Positions 55,551 through 64,000 of a DNA stretch of 64,000 bases are shown one piece after another; position 1 is the stretch's first letter; each line of letters starts with the position of its first letter. Source of the DNA: Cyanobacteriota bacterium (GTDB lineage: Bacteria; Cyanobacteriota; Cyanobacteriia; PCC-6307; Cyanobiaceae); contig JBKDOV010000078.1 of NCBI GenBank assembly GCA_046342815.1, forward strand, positions 2,675 to 66,674. Reading direction: 5' to 3'. The translations under genes and the position numbers were made by a program. The notes under the pieces were generated by a model. It did not search any database. It worked only from the letters and a program-made list of their open reading frames with translations, and was not told the origin of the DNA.

Positions 55551-57962
55551 TCAGTGCTCCGGCGGAGGACCGGCCTGGGCGAGGCGCCGCGGAATGCCCT
55601 GCTCGAAACTGCTACGCAGGGCCTCCAGGGAAACCTCCAGCAGGGGGGAACCGGCCTGCACGATGGTCAGGCGGTCTTCCGGCTCCACCACCCCGAGGCA
55701 GCGGGCCGGAACGGAAGCCTCGACGGCATCGAGGGCCTGCTGCCAGGCCACGGTGGCGGCCGGGGGCACACTCACCAGCACCCGGGCACCGCCTTCAGCA
55801 AACAGCTGACGATCAAGCCGGGCGGCACCGGAAGGAATCTCGAGATGGGCACCGAAGCCGGAGGCGATGCAGGCTTCGGCCACCGCCACCGCCAGGCCGC
55901 CATCGCTGAGGTCGTGGGCGGAAGCCACCAGTCCAGCGGCGATCGCCTGGCGCAGGAAGGCCTGCACGGAGCGCTCGAGCTCCAGATCCGGCAGGGGTGG
56001 GCGGCCGGTGAGGCAACCGTGCACCACCTGCAGATAGCTGCTGCCCGCCAGACCGATCCGCGGATCCGCCGGAGCCTCCCCGGCCTCCAGGGGTACCCCG
56101 AGCATCCAGATGGCATCCCCCGGCTCCCGCCAGGCGAGGCCCCGCACATGGGCCAGATCGTGCACCAGCCCCACCATCCCCACCACGGGCGTGGGATGGA
56201 TCGGCTGCATGCGGCCATCCGGCAGCCGGGTCTCGTTGTAGAGCGAGACGTTGCCGCCGGTGACCGGGGTATCAAGGGCGGAGCAGGCCTGCGACAGGCC
56301 CCGGCAGGCCATGGCCAGCTGCCAGTACCCGATGGGGGTTTCGGGGGAAGGGAAGTTGAGGTTGTCGGTGACCGCCAGGGGCTCGGCACCCACACAGCTG
56401 AGGTTGCGGGCGGCTTCGGCCACGGCGGCCATGCCCCCGCGTTCGGGATCCAGGGCCACCCAGCGGTTGGGGCAATCGACCACCGCCGCCACCCCCCGCT
56501 GGGAAGGGGCCATCGCCCCGCTTCCCTGCTGGGGCCGCAGCCGCACCACGGCCGCATCGGCGCCGCCGGGCGGCACGACGGTATTGGCCTGCACCTGGTG
56601 GTCGTACTGGCGGTAGACCCAGCGCTTGGAGGCGATGGTGGGATCGTCGAGCAACCGGAGCAGAACCTCCCCCCAGCTGAGGGGCGAATGGGCGGCAGCC
56701 GCGGTGGCGGGAACGATGCCGGCGGCGGCAGCGGGCGGCAGCTGGTCCTCGCGCCAGAGCCAGTGGGCCTGGATCTCGGCGGGGGGTTCCGAGAGCAGTT
56801 CGTGGTGGTTGATCGGCGTGTCGTCCGCCAGGGCACTGGCCGGCACCTCGGCCGCCACCGCACCGTGCTGGAGCACCCGCACCACGTTCTCCTGCAGCAC
56901 CCGACCCACCACGGCCGCCTGCAGACCCCAACGGGTGAAGCGGGCCATCAGGTCCGTCTCCGTGCCGGGCTTGACCACAAACAGCATCCGCTCCTGCGAT
57001 TCGCTCAGCAGAAACTCATAGGGGGTCATGCCGGTCTCACGGGCCGGGACCCGGTCGAGATCCAGTTCGATGCCCAGGCCCCCCTTGGCGGCCATCTCCG
57101 AGCAGCTGCAGGTGAGGCCGGCGGCGCCCATGTCCTGGGCGGCCACCACATCCCCGCTCTGGAAGGCCTCGAGGCAGGCCTCGATCAGCCCCTTCTCCAG
57201 AAAAGGGTCGCCCACCTGCACGGCGGGGCGATCGTCGAGGGAAGCCTCGGTGAGCTCGGCACTGGCGAAGCTGGCGCCCCCCATGCCGTCGCGGCCGGTG
57301 GTACTGCCCACGTACACCACCGGATAGCCCACGCCCTCGGCACCGGAGCAGACGATCTCTTCGGTTTCCATCAGCCCCAGGGCCATGGCGTTCACCAGGG
57401 GGTTGCCGGAATAGCTGGGGTCGAAGGCCACCTCTCCGCCCACGGTGGGCACGCCCACGCAGTTGCCGTAGTGGGCGATGCCGGCCACCACGCCCTCCAG
57501 CAGACCCACGTTGCGCTCCTCCTCCAGGGGGCCGAAGCGCAGGGCATTGAGCAGGGCGATCGGCCGGGCGCCCATGGTGAAGATGTCGCGCAGAATGCCG
57601 CCCACGCCCGTGGCAGCGCCCTGGAACGGCTCCACCGCCGAGGGGTGGTTATGGCTCTCGATCTTGAAGGCGAGGCGCTGCCCTTCCCCCAGATCCACCA
57701 CGCCGGCGTTCTCCCCGGGGCCCACCAGGATGCGCGGACCGGTGGTGGGGAAGCCCTGCAGCAGCGGCCGAGAGTTGCGGTAGCAGCAGTGCTCCGACCA
57801 CATCACCCCGAACATGCCCAGCTCGGCCCGGTTGGGGACGCGGCCGAGACGGCGGCAGATCTCGTCGTAATCGGCCTGGCTGAGGTTCTCCTTCTTCAGC
57901 GCCTCGGGCACCGGGTAGTCGGGGGCCTCGAAGGGGGAGCCAGAAGAGGGGGAGGCCACCAC
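55551..57962 (-). CDS. purL: phosphoribosylformylglycinamidine synthase subunit II
   Basis: [36 protein letters not shown]. There is no ATG near the N-terminus, so GTG 57962 (or 57959) is chosen. The rest of the 986-aa track ORF is upstream read-through. Confidence 0.92.
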   Translation of the reverse strand: MVASPSSGSPFEAPDYPVPEALKKENLSQADYDEICRRLGRVPNRAELGMFGVMWSEHCCYRNSRPLLQGFPTTGPRILVGPGENAGVVDLGEGQRLAFKIESHNHPSAVEPFQGAATGVGGILRDIFTMGARPIALLNALRFGPLEEERNVGLLEGVVAGIAHYGNCVGVPTVGGEVAFDPSYSGNPLVNAMALGLMETEEIVCSGAEGVGYPVVYVGSTTGRDGMGGASFASAELTEASLDDRPAVQVGDPFLEKGLIEACLEAFQSGDVVAAQDMGAAGLTCSCSEMAAKGGLGIELDLDRVPARETGMTPYEFLLSESQERMLFVVKPGTETDLMARFTRWGLQAAVVGRVLQENVVRVLQHGAVAAEVPASALADDTPINHHELLSEPPAEIQAHWLWREDQLPPAAAAGIVPATAAAAHSPLSWGEVLLRLLDDPTIASKRWVYRQYDHQVQANTVVPPGGADAAVVRLRPQQGSGAMAPSQRGVAAVVDCPNRWVALDPERGGMAAVAEAARNLSCVGAEPLAVTDNLNFPSPETPIGYWQLAMACRGLSQACSALDTPVTGGNVSLYNETRLPDGRMQPIHPTPVVGMVGLVHDLAHVRGLAWREPGDAIWMLGVPLEAGEAPADPRIGLAGSSYLQVVHGCLTGRPPLPDLELERSVQAFLRQAIAAGLVASAHDLSDGGLAVAVAEACIASGFGAHLEIPSGAARLDRQLFAEGGARVLVSVPPAATVAWQQALDAVEASVPARCLGVVEPEDRLTIVQAGSPLLEVSLEALRSSFEQGIPRRLAQAGPPPEH

Positions 57963-58041
57963 GGCGCCGTTGCAACACCTTCCCAGTATCCGATCCGGGG
58001 GGCTCCGACCCGGCGCGCCGGCAGGCCAGGCGGCGAAGGAA

Positions 58042-58941
58042 TCAGATCCAGGGATCGTCGTCGTCGCGGCCGCGGTAGCGATCCGCAGCCGGAGGAGCCT
58101 GCCTGGACTCGCGCCGGGCGGCCCGCGGTGCCGGGCGGTCATACGGGAGCGACGTCTCCGGTTCGTCCTCGGATTCATCCACCCAGTGGTCCCGCGATCT
58201 ACCAGGGGGTCGGCTGAGGTCTTCGTCCTCCTCCCTGTCATCGGCAGTTGCTGCTTCGGGATCGTCCTCCCAGGCGGAGCGGCGGGAGAACTGGTCCTGC
58301 CAGGGGGGTTCCTCGAGCCACCCCTCCAACCGATCCTCCAGTCGCCCTCCCGCCTGCTGAAACTGGTCCCGCAGACGCGAGGTCTCCTCCCCCACCTGCT
58401 CGCGCCAACGGCGCGATCTGCGCAGAAATTCCTGCCGCACACTGGCCTTGGCCAGTGGCAGGTCATCGAGACCCTGGAGAGCGGTGAACACCCGCCCAGG
58501 CTGCTGATCAACGATCCGATCCGGACTCAGCCGCCAGCGACTGGTGCCGGGCAGGCGCGGATCACTGCGGGAGACCAGGTAATGGCGGATCCGGCCGGTG
58601 CGCAGCTCCACGGCGGCATCGGCGACGCTGCCGAGCGGCTGCCCCTCCCCACCCAGCAGGGTGGCTTCGATCAGCGTGGGCAGGCGCTGGAGGGTCTCGG
58701 GATCGGTTTCCACCGCTTCCCCCCGCACAAAAGCCTCCTGCTCACTGAGGCCCCGCAATTGATCGAGGCGCCAGACCGTGCGGAGCTGCCCGAAGGCCGA
58801 AGGGCGGCTGGCCCAACCGAGCACGCGGTGGACAGGAGGGTGCATCCAGGCGATCACGCCGGGGCCATGGTCGAGGCCCTGATCACATCGCACCCTGAGG
58901 CGCAGAAGATCGCTCAGCAGCAGTTGCTCGGGAAGATTCAA
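58042..58941 (-). CDS. PRC-barrel-domain protein with acidic C-terminal tail
   Basis: 299 aa. The N-terminal half resembles PRC barrels ([16 protein letters not shown]..., [17 protein letters not shown]). The tail is rich in D/E/R. Confidence 0.7.
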   Translation of the reverse strand: MNLPEQLLLSDLLRLRVRCDQGLDHGPGVIAWMHPPVHRVLGWASRPSAFGQLRTVWRLDQLRGLSEQEAFVRGEAVETDPETLQRLPTLIEATLLGGEGQPLGSVADAAVELRTGRIRHYLVSRSDPRLPGTSRWRLSPDRIVDQQPGRVFTALQGLDDLPLAKASVRQEFLRRSRRWREQVGEETSRLRDQFQQAGGRLEDRLEGWLEEPPWQDQFSRRSAWEDDPEAATADDREEDEDLSRPPGRSRDHWVDESEDEPETSLPYDRPAPRAARRESRQAPPAADRYRGRDDDDPWI

Positions 58942-58960
58942 CGCTTCAGGTGCGGACGCG

Positions 58961-60112
58961 TCAGTTGCGGATCTGAACCGGCATCACCAGATAGGTGAAC
59001 GCCCCATCCTCGCCGACCGGAGAGAGCACCGCAGGAGTGGTGGGGGCATTGCTCTGGAGCACGACCCGGTCGGAAGCCATCGCCTTGAGACCATCGAGCA
59101 GGTACCGCACATTGAAGGCGATCTGGATCTCCTCGCCCTCGATTTCGGCGGCCAGGGCCTCGGAGCCACTGCCCACATCCTGGGCGTCGGCACGGATCGT
59201 GACCTTGCCCGTCGCCGGATCGCTGCTCAGCTTCACCACGTTGTTGTGCTGATCGGCCAGCACCGCCACCCGCTCCAGCGCCGAGACAAAGGCGCGACGA
59301 TCCAGAAGGATCCGACGGTTGAAGGAAGGGGGAATCAGCTGTCCGTAGTTGGGGTAGGTGCCATCGAGGCTGCGACTGGTGAGCACCTGATCGGCCCAGA
59401 CCACCACCACCTGGCCCCGCTCGCAGAAGAGGCTGAGCGGTTCGGTGGAGGGGCGGCCGGTGAGCAGCCGCTCCAGTTCCCGCAGCGAGCGGGCGGGCAC
59501 GGTCACATCAAACGGTTCCCCTTCTTCCGAACCTTCTCCGCCATGGAGGGCGTGCTCGATCCGCAGCACCGCCAGACGATGGCCGTCGGTGGCGGCACAT
59601 TCCAGGCCTTCTCCCGCCAGCTGCAGATGCACGCCTGTGAGCAGCTGCTTGGCTTCATCCCCACTGCTGGCGAACAGAGTGGCCCGCAACCCCTTCACAA
59701 GGGCTTCGGAATCGATCCGGATCGGAGCACCGCTCTGCACCAGCGGCAGATCGGGAAAATCATCGGCGGGCATGCCACGCATCTGGTAGCTGCCGGAAAG
59801 GCTGGTGAGTTCCACCTGCTCCTCCCCCTCCGGACAGCTCAGCGTGATCGGGCTGTCGGACGACAGCCGCGAAACGATTTCGCCGAACAGACGGGCCGGC
59901 AGGGTGATGGCTCCGCTGCTCTCCACGGCGGCGGGAAGGCTGGTCTGAATGCCGAGGCTGAGGTCGTAGCCCGTGAGGCTGAGTCGACCGGTGGCGGCGT
60001 CGGCGGTGAGCAACACATTGGCCAGCACCGGATGGGTGGGGCGACCGGCCACAGCTCGACTGACCAGCTGAAGGCTGCTTGAGAGTTCCGCCTGGGAGCA
60101 GACCAGCTTCAT
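58961..60112 (-). CDS. dnaN: DNA polymerase III beta sliding clamp
   Basis: ATG at 60112 gives MKLVCSQAELSSSLQLVSRAV. Length (383 aa) and C-terminus (YLVMPVQIRN) are typical. Confidence 0.94.
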   Translation of the reverse strand: MKLVCSQAELSSSLQLVSRAVAGRPTHPVLANVLLTADAATGRLSLTGYDLSLGIQTSLPAAVESSGAITLPARLFGEIVSRLSSDSPITLSCPEGEEQVELTSLSGSYQMRGMPADDFPDLPLVQSGAPIRIDSEALVKGLRATLFASSGDEAKQLLTGVHLQLAGEGLECAATDGHRLAVLRIEHALHGGEGSEEGEPFDVTVPARSLRELERLLTGRPSTEPLSLFCERGQVVVVWADQVLTSRSLDGTYPNYGQLIPPSFNRRILLDRRAFVSALERVAVLADQHNNVVKLSSDPATGKVTIRADAQDVGSGSEALAAEIEGEEIQIAFNVRYLLDGLKAMASDRVVLQSNAPTTPAVLSPVGEDGAFTYLVMPVQIRN

Positions 60113-60525
60113 GGGAGTCCGACCGGACAATGGCGAGCGGGCCCCACGGTTTCACAGCACGGACGAAAGCGCAACGGCTGGAAATCCGATGAAGCTGGCT
60201 TCTGCGTTTTTCCTCCATCACGATCGCTAAACGGATTAAAAGTTTTAAGAAAAAAAGAAAACCCGTAGTCGTAGGGGCAGGGGAAATCCGGAAAACCCGG
60301 CCGAAATGCCCATCCCCACTGGGTTTATCTACCACAGCCCCTGGGGAATCCCGCGCGGGATCTCCTCCGTTGAAGCACTTTCCCCCCGATTCCCCGGCCT
60401 GGGGAAAACAACACGAATCCAACGGCCGAATACGCCCTCCGCCCTCCCCGGCGGGAATGGGGTCTTTCCCCAGGATTTCCCTGGGCCGGATTGTCCACTG
60501 GACGGCCGATCAACGCCATCGAAAA
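60113..60525. other. candidate chromosomal replication origin / dnaN upstream control region
   Basis: A 410-bp non-coding spacer upstream of dnaN. A 34-nt island at 60228-60261 has 6 G/C (18 % GC). Degenerate DnaA-box-like 9-mers: TTGTCCACT at 60491 and TTTTCCTCC at 60208. Dense GGGGAAA/TTTCCCC motifs. Confidence 0.45.
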
Positions 60526-60553
60526 CCCCCCGGAAGGCAGGCCTTCCGGGGGG
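60526..60553 (-). terminator. intrinsic terminator of thrC
   Basis: CCCCCCGGAAGGC-AG-GCCTTCCGGGGGG, a perfect 13-bp stem. On the minus strand it is followed by TTTTC. It lies 33 nt downstream of the thrC stop. Confidence 0.85.
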
Positions 60554-60585
60554 CAGGAGAGAAAGGAAAGGGGGCTTGAACGATC

Positions 60586-61689
60586 TCAGAAGCCCATCAC
60601 CTTCGCCACCGTGGCCGTGTCGGGATCGAGGCCGGTATGGAAGGTGGAATCGTTGTGTTCGATCGCGGTGGTGGGGTCCTTGAGGCCATTGCCGGTGAGT
60701 ACACACACGACCGTGGCGCCGGAGGGCACCTCGTCGCGGCGCTTGATCAGCCCCGCCACCGAAGCCGCACTGGCGGGTTCACAGAACACCCCCTCGCCGC
60801 GGCCCAGCAGTTTGTAGGCCTCGATGATCTCGGCATCAGTCACGGCCATGAAATCGCCGTTGCTCTCGGCCCTGGCCTTGAGGGCGTTTTCCTTGTTCAC
60901 CGGATTGCCGATCCGAATCGCGGTGGCGATCGTGTCGGGCTGTTCCACCGTGTGACCGAGCACCAACGGCGCGGCTCCGGCTGCCTGGAAGCCCATCATT
61001 CGGGGAAGCCGACGGCAGTGGCCGGCGCTTTTGTATTCGTTGAAGCCCATCCAGTAGGCGCTGATGTTGCCGGCGTTGCCGACCGGGATGCACAGCCAGT
61101 CGGGGGCATCCCCCAGAGCATCCACCACCTCGAAGGCGGCCGTCTTCTGCCCCTGCAGGCGATAGGGGTTGAGGGAGTTCACCAGGGTGACCGGGTATTG
61201 TTCCGCCACTTCGCGCACGATCGCCAGGGCGCGGTCGAAGTTGCCCTTCACCGCCAGCACCTCGGCGCCGTAGAGCAGGGCCTGGGCCAGCTTGCCCTGG
61301 GCCACGTAGCCATCGGGAATCAGCACGAAGGCGCGCATGCCGCCGCGACGGGCGTAGGCGGCGGCAGCGGCGGAGGTGTTGCCGGTGCTGGCGCAGATCA
61401 CGGCCTCCGAGCCCGCTTCCCGGGCCTTGGAGATGGCCATGGTCATGCCCCGATCCTTGAAGGATCCCGTGGGGTTGAGGCCGTCGTACTTAAGGAAGAC
61501 CTTCACTCCCTTGCCGATGCGCTCGGCGATCACCGGGGCGGGGATGAGCGGCGTGGCCCCTTCCCGCAGGGTGATCACCGGGGTGGCGGCGGAGACGGGC
61601 AGCCAGGACCGATAGGCCTCGATCAGTCCCGGCCAGTCCTGCATGGTGGGTCGTTGACCCAGACGCCGCAGAGCATCAAGCACAGCCAA
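60586..61689 (-). CDS. thrC: threonine synthase
   Basis: PLP-lysine motif NPTGSFKDRGMTMAISKA, CASTGNTSAAAAAY. Confidence 0.95.
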   Translation of the reverse strand: MAVLDALRRLGQRPTMQDWPGLIEAYRSWLPVSAATPVITLREGATPLIPAPVIAERIGKGVKVFLKYDGLNPTGSFKDRGMTMAISKAREAGSEAVICASTGNTSAAAAAYARRGGMRAFVLIPDGYVAQGKLAQALLYGAEVLAVKGNFDRALAIVREVAEQYPVTLVNSLNPYRLQGQKTAAFEVVDALGDAPDWLCIPVGNAGNISAYWMGFNEYKSAGHCRRLPRMMGFQAAGAAPLVLGHTVEQPDTIATAIRIGNPVNKENALKARAESNGDFMAVTDAEIIEAYKLLGRGEGVFCEPASAASVAGLIKRRDEVPSGATVVCVLTGNGLKDPTTAIEHNDSTFHTGLDPDTATVAKVMGF

Positions 61690-61737
61690 AGGGTCGGCTC
61701 AGGTCTGGGGTGAATCTACGCCTTTAGGGAAACGCCT

Positions 61738-62376
61738 TCAGGGAGCGGTGGAAGTGGCCGAACCGGGTGCCGTGGCAGGGGCGCTGCTGCTGCCGGTGGA
61801 TTCTCCCCGCAGGCCATCCAGCGGTGATTCCGAGAAGAAGCGCACCAGATCGGAGATGGAGGAGGCTTTGCTCATCAGCGCCATCAGCGCCGGCACGTTC
61901 ACTTCCAGTTCCTTGTTGGGGTAGGCCCGCAGAAAGGAGATGGCCGAAATGGATCCATTCCCTTCGGCGATCCCGAGCACCACGGCGGAGCGCATCGCGG
62001 GGATCCCAGCATCGGCGACCTTGAGGGGATAGAAGATCCGGGCCAGTCGATCGAGGATCGCTTCACCGATGCGGGTGTTGAGCAGGCGGCTCACCAGCAC
62101 CACAGGCAGGCTCACGGATTCATTGAGCAGCTTCGCCACCTCCTGGGGTTGCTGCTTTGAGAGCTTCAGCATGTCGCTGAGCAGTCCCCGGGCCTGGCCG
62201 GTGCTGGCCAGGTGTTCCAGGTCGGCCACGGGAAGGGAGCGCCGGAAGGCTCCGCTCACGAACACCAGGTTTTCGGCAGCCAGGGCCGAACTTCCCGAGC
62301 AGCAGAGGCCCAGGCCGAGAAGGGCTGCCAGGAGCCGTTGCCGCTTGCGCACAGAAGGAAGGAAGAGGACCTTCAA
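61738..62376 (-). CDS. DUF1400-domain secreted protein
   Basis: Signal peptide LLAALLGLGLCCSGSSALA. The body (FVSGAFRRSLPVADLEHLASTG...LLNTRIG) matches what I remember of cyanobacterial DUF1400. Confidence 0.65.
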   Translation of the reverse strand: MKVLFLPSVRKRQRLLAALLGLGLCCSGSSALAAENLVFVSGAFRRSLPVADLEHLASTGQARGLLSDMLKLSKQQPQEVAKLLNESVSLPVVLVSRLLNTRIGEAILDRLARIFYPLKVADAGIPAMRSAVVLGIAEGNGSISAISFLRAYPNKELEVNVPALMALMSKASSISDLVRFFSESPLDGLRGESTGSSSAPATAPGSATSTAP

Positions 62377-62406
62377 TCTAGGCTGTCCTCCCGTGAGTCT
62401 CGTGGT

Positions 62407-64000
62407 TCACCGCCGGGCGGGAGTCACCAGAACGTCGCGCAGCAGGCGGACCACTCCCCGTTCGGCCAGGCCGCGCGCCACATCCAGCCCCATGCGGCGC
62501 AGGTCCGGTTCCCCCAGCACCCGTGGCAATCTCCGCAGCAGCACCTGGGGTTCAAAGCCTGGCAGGTCCTTGAGGATCGTCACCAGCTGACGCACCGGTT
62601 CGAGATCGAGCAGCGGTTCCCCTGGCAGTGGTTCCAGCAGTTCCACCCGCTCCCGCAGGCCCGGAGGCTGGAGGGGCCGCGGCAGGCGCTTGCCCAGTTG
62701 GAGGGTGGTGCGCCAGGCCAGGGCATCCATCTGTTCGACCACGCCATCCACCAGCTGCTGGCGCAGCAGGCCGCCATTGGGCGAAAACAGAAAATCGAGC
62801 ACCTGATCCAGCAGGCCCTCGAGATCCAGCTGTTCCTGCAGGGAGGCACTGCCGATCAGGTTTTCGAGGCGCTGCCAGCGGAAATCGTCTCCATCGAACA
62901 GCATCTCCCGCAGGCTGCGGCGCAACTCCGGATCGGAATCCTCCATCAGACGCCGGGCGAAGTAGGGATAGGCAGCGCCCAGGATCTTGAATTCGGGGTC
63001 GACACTGAGGGCAATCCCTTCCAGGGTCACCAGGGAGCGGATGATCAGGGCGTAGTAAGGAGGAACCTGGAAGGGAAACTTGTACATCACGCCCGAAAGA
63101 TCATCGGTCACCGCCTTGAAGTCGAGCTTGCTCACTCCCATCTCCAGTGCCTGCCCGAATACGGATTCAAAGGCCGGCACAATCGGTTCGAGATTCACCT
63201 CCTCACCCAGGAAGCCGAGCTTCACGAAGTCCTTTGAAAGGGCGGGGAAATTGCGATTGACCAAATGCACAACTGCCTGGATCAGGCCGGTCCGTGATTC
63301 CCGTGAAACCTCGCTCATCATCCCGAAATCGAGATAGGCAAGCCGACCATCGGGCAGGGCCAGCAGATTTCCTGGATGGGGATCGGCATGGAAGAAGCCA
63401 TGCTCGAGCAGTTGCTGGAGGCTGCAGTTCACCCCCACCTCCACCATTTCATCGGGATCGATACCCAGGGCCTTCACCGCTTCGAGGTTGGTGAGCTTCA
63501 CGCCATCGATCCACTCCATCGTCAGCACCCTTCGACTGGTGGCGTGGCGGTGGATGGCGGGAACGGCGATGCGAGGATTGTGCTGATGAAGCGTGGCAAA
63601 TTTTTCGGCATTGCTGGCTTCATTGCAATAGTCCATTTCCTCGAAAACACGTCTTCCCAGCTCGTCGATCAGTCCTACGAGGTCGCTGCGGATCAGGCCG
63701 ATGTTCTGGTTGAGCCAGGCTGCGATATTGCGTACGATGTAGAGATCGAGGGTGATCTGTTCGCGCAGTCCGGGGCGCTGCACTTTCACCGCCACCTTCT
63801 GCCCACCCTTGAGTACACCACGGTGCACCTGGCCGAGGGAGGCAGCCGAGATCGGTTCGCGGTCCAGCTGTTCGTAGATCTCGTGCACCGGAGCCCCGAG
63901 ATCCTCTTCGATGCAGGCCATGGCCAGGGCGCTGTCGAAGCCGGGCAGCTGGTCCTGCAGGGCGGCCAGTTCCTCCAGCAGCACTGGCGGAATGATGTCC
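62407..64000 (-). CDS. ABC1/UbiB-family atypical kinase (N-terminus beyond window)
   Basis: AASLGQVHRGVLKGGQKVAVKVQRPG, FFHADPHPGNLL, YLDFGMM. The frame stays open to the window edge. Confidence 0.9.
   Translation of the reverse strand, partial: DIIPPVLLEELAALQDQLPGFDSALAMACIEEDLGAPVHEIYEQLDREPISAASLGQVHRGVLKGGQKVAVKVQRPGLREQITLDLYIVRNIAAWLNQNIGLIRSDLVGLIDELGRRVFEEMDYCNEASNAEKFATLHQHNPRIAVPAIHRHATSRRVLTMEWIDGVKLTNLEAVKALGIDPDEMVEVGVNCSLQQLLEHGFFHADPHPGNLLALPDGRLAYLDFGMMSEVSRESRTGLIQAVVHLVNRNFPALSKDFVKLGFLGEEVNLEPIVPAFESVFGQALEMGVSKLDFKAVTDDLSGVMYKFPFQVPPYYALIIRSLVTLEGIALSVDPEFKILGAAYPYFARRLMEDSDPELRRSLREMLFDGDDFRWQRLENLIGSASLQEQLDLEGLLDQVLDFLFSPNGGLLRQQLVDGVVEQMDALAWRTTLQLGKRLPRPLQPPGLRERVELLEPLPGEPLLDLEPVRQLVTILKDLPGFEPQVLLRRLPRVLGEPDLRRMGLDVARGLAERGVVRLLRDVLVTPARR

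Noticed and set aside
54099-58217. 1,372-aa + strand ORF
   Set aside because: It lies entirely antisense to purF and purL, both of which carry unmistakable family motifs. The translation is Gly/Arg/His-rich low-complexity sequence, typical of the stop-poor antisense frame in GC-rich DNA.
60325-60706. Small ORFs (64-125 aa) in the dnaN-thrC spacer
   Set aside because: They overlap one another on both strands, translate to Gly/Pro/Arg-rich junk, and cross the thrC terminator hairpin. The region is better explained as non-coding origin or promoter DNA.

Overview
GC-rich chromosomal segment; most 60-nt lines I hand-counted are 60-77 % GC. Gene content and order suggest a picocyanobacterium of the Synechococcus/Cyanobium type.

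From about 18.9 kb to the right edge the window is the origin-proximal core block that, as I recall it, opens marine picocyanobacterial chromosomes, here in reverse orientation. The order is: ABC1 kinase, DUF1400, thrC | dnaN, PRC-barrel protein, purL, purF, gyrA-like paralogue, TPR protein, queG, membrane proteins, nusB, ftsY, PP2C phosphatase, argH, RRM protein, dusA, grpE-dnaJ-tusA-rsgA, ybaB, murB, murC, gap2, thiL, cyclophilin, efp, accB, pdxA, SDR, HNH, SNF2.

Three blocks look like additions to that backbone:
- a phytochelatin-synthase-like gene plus a GT4 glycosyltransferase
- a pilB-pilT-pilC cassette plus a flavoprotein
- the whole left end of the window

The left 16 kb is one uninterrupted 5,337-codon ORF and is the main item of interest. 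It encodes a giant multi-propeller surface or secreted protein with these parts:
- a low-GC hydrophobic N-terminus
- a LamG-like fold
- FG-GAP blocks
- four paralogous Asp-box propeller modules
- RTX-like repeats
- a Calx-beta domain
- a DUF4114 tail

The frame is still open at the window edge. Immediately downstream lie a start-less amidohydrolase C-terminal remnant and three small acidic ORFs.

The 410-bp dnaN-thrC spacer is a candidate oriC. It has an 18 % GC island but only degenerate DnaA boxes.

I found no rRNA, tRNA, CRISPR array, transposase or integrase by eye. Many long ORFs in the track are antisense or off-frame artefacts of the high GC content. The track also uses GTG and TTG starts, so several start coordinates are uncertain.
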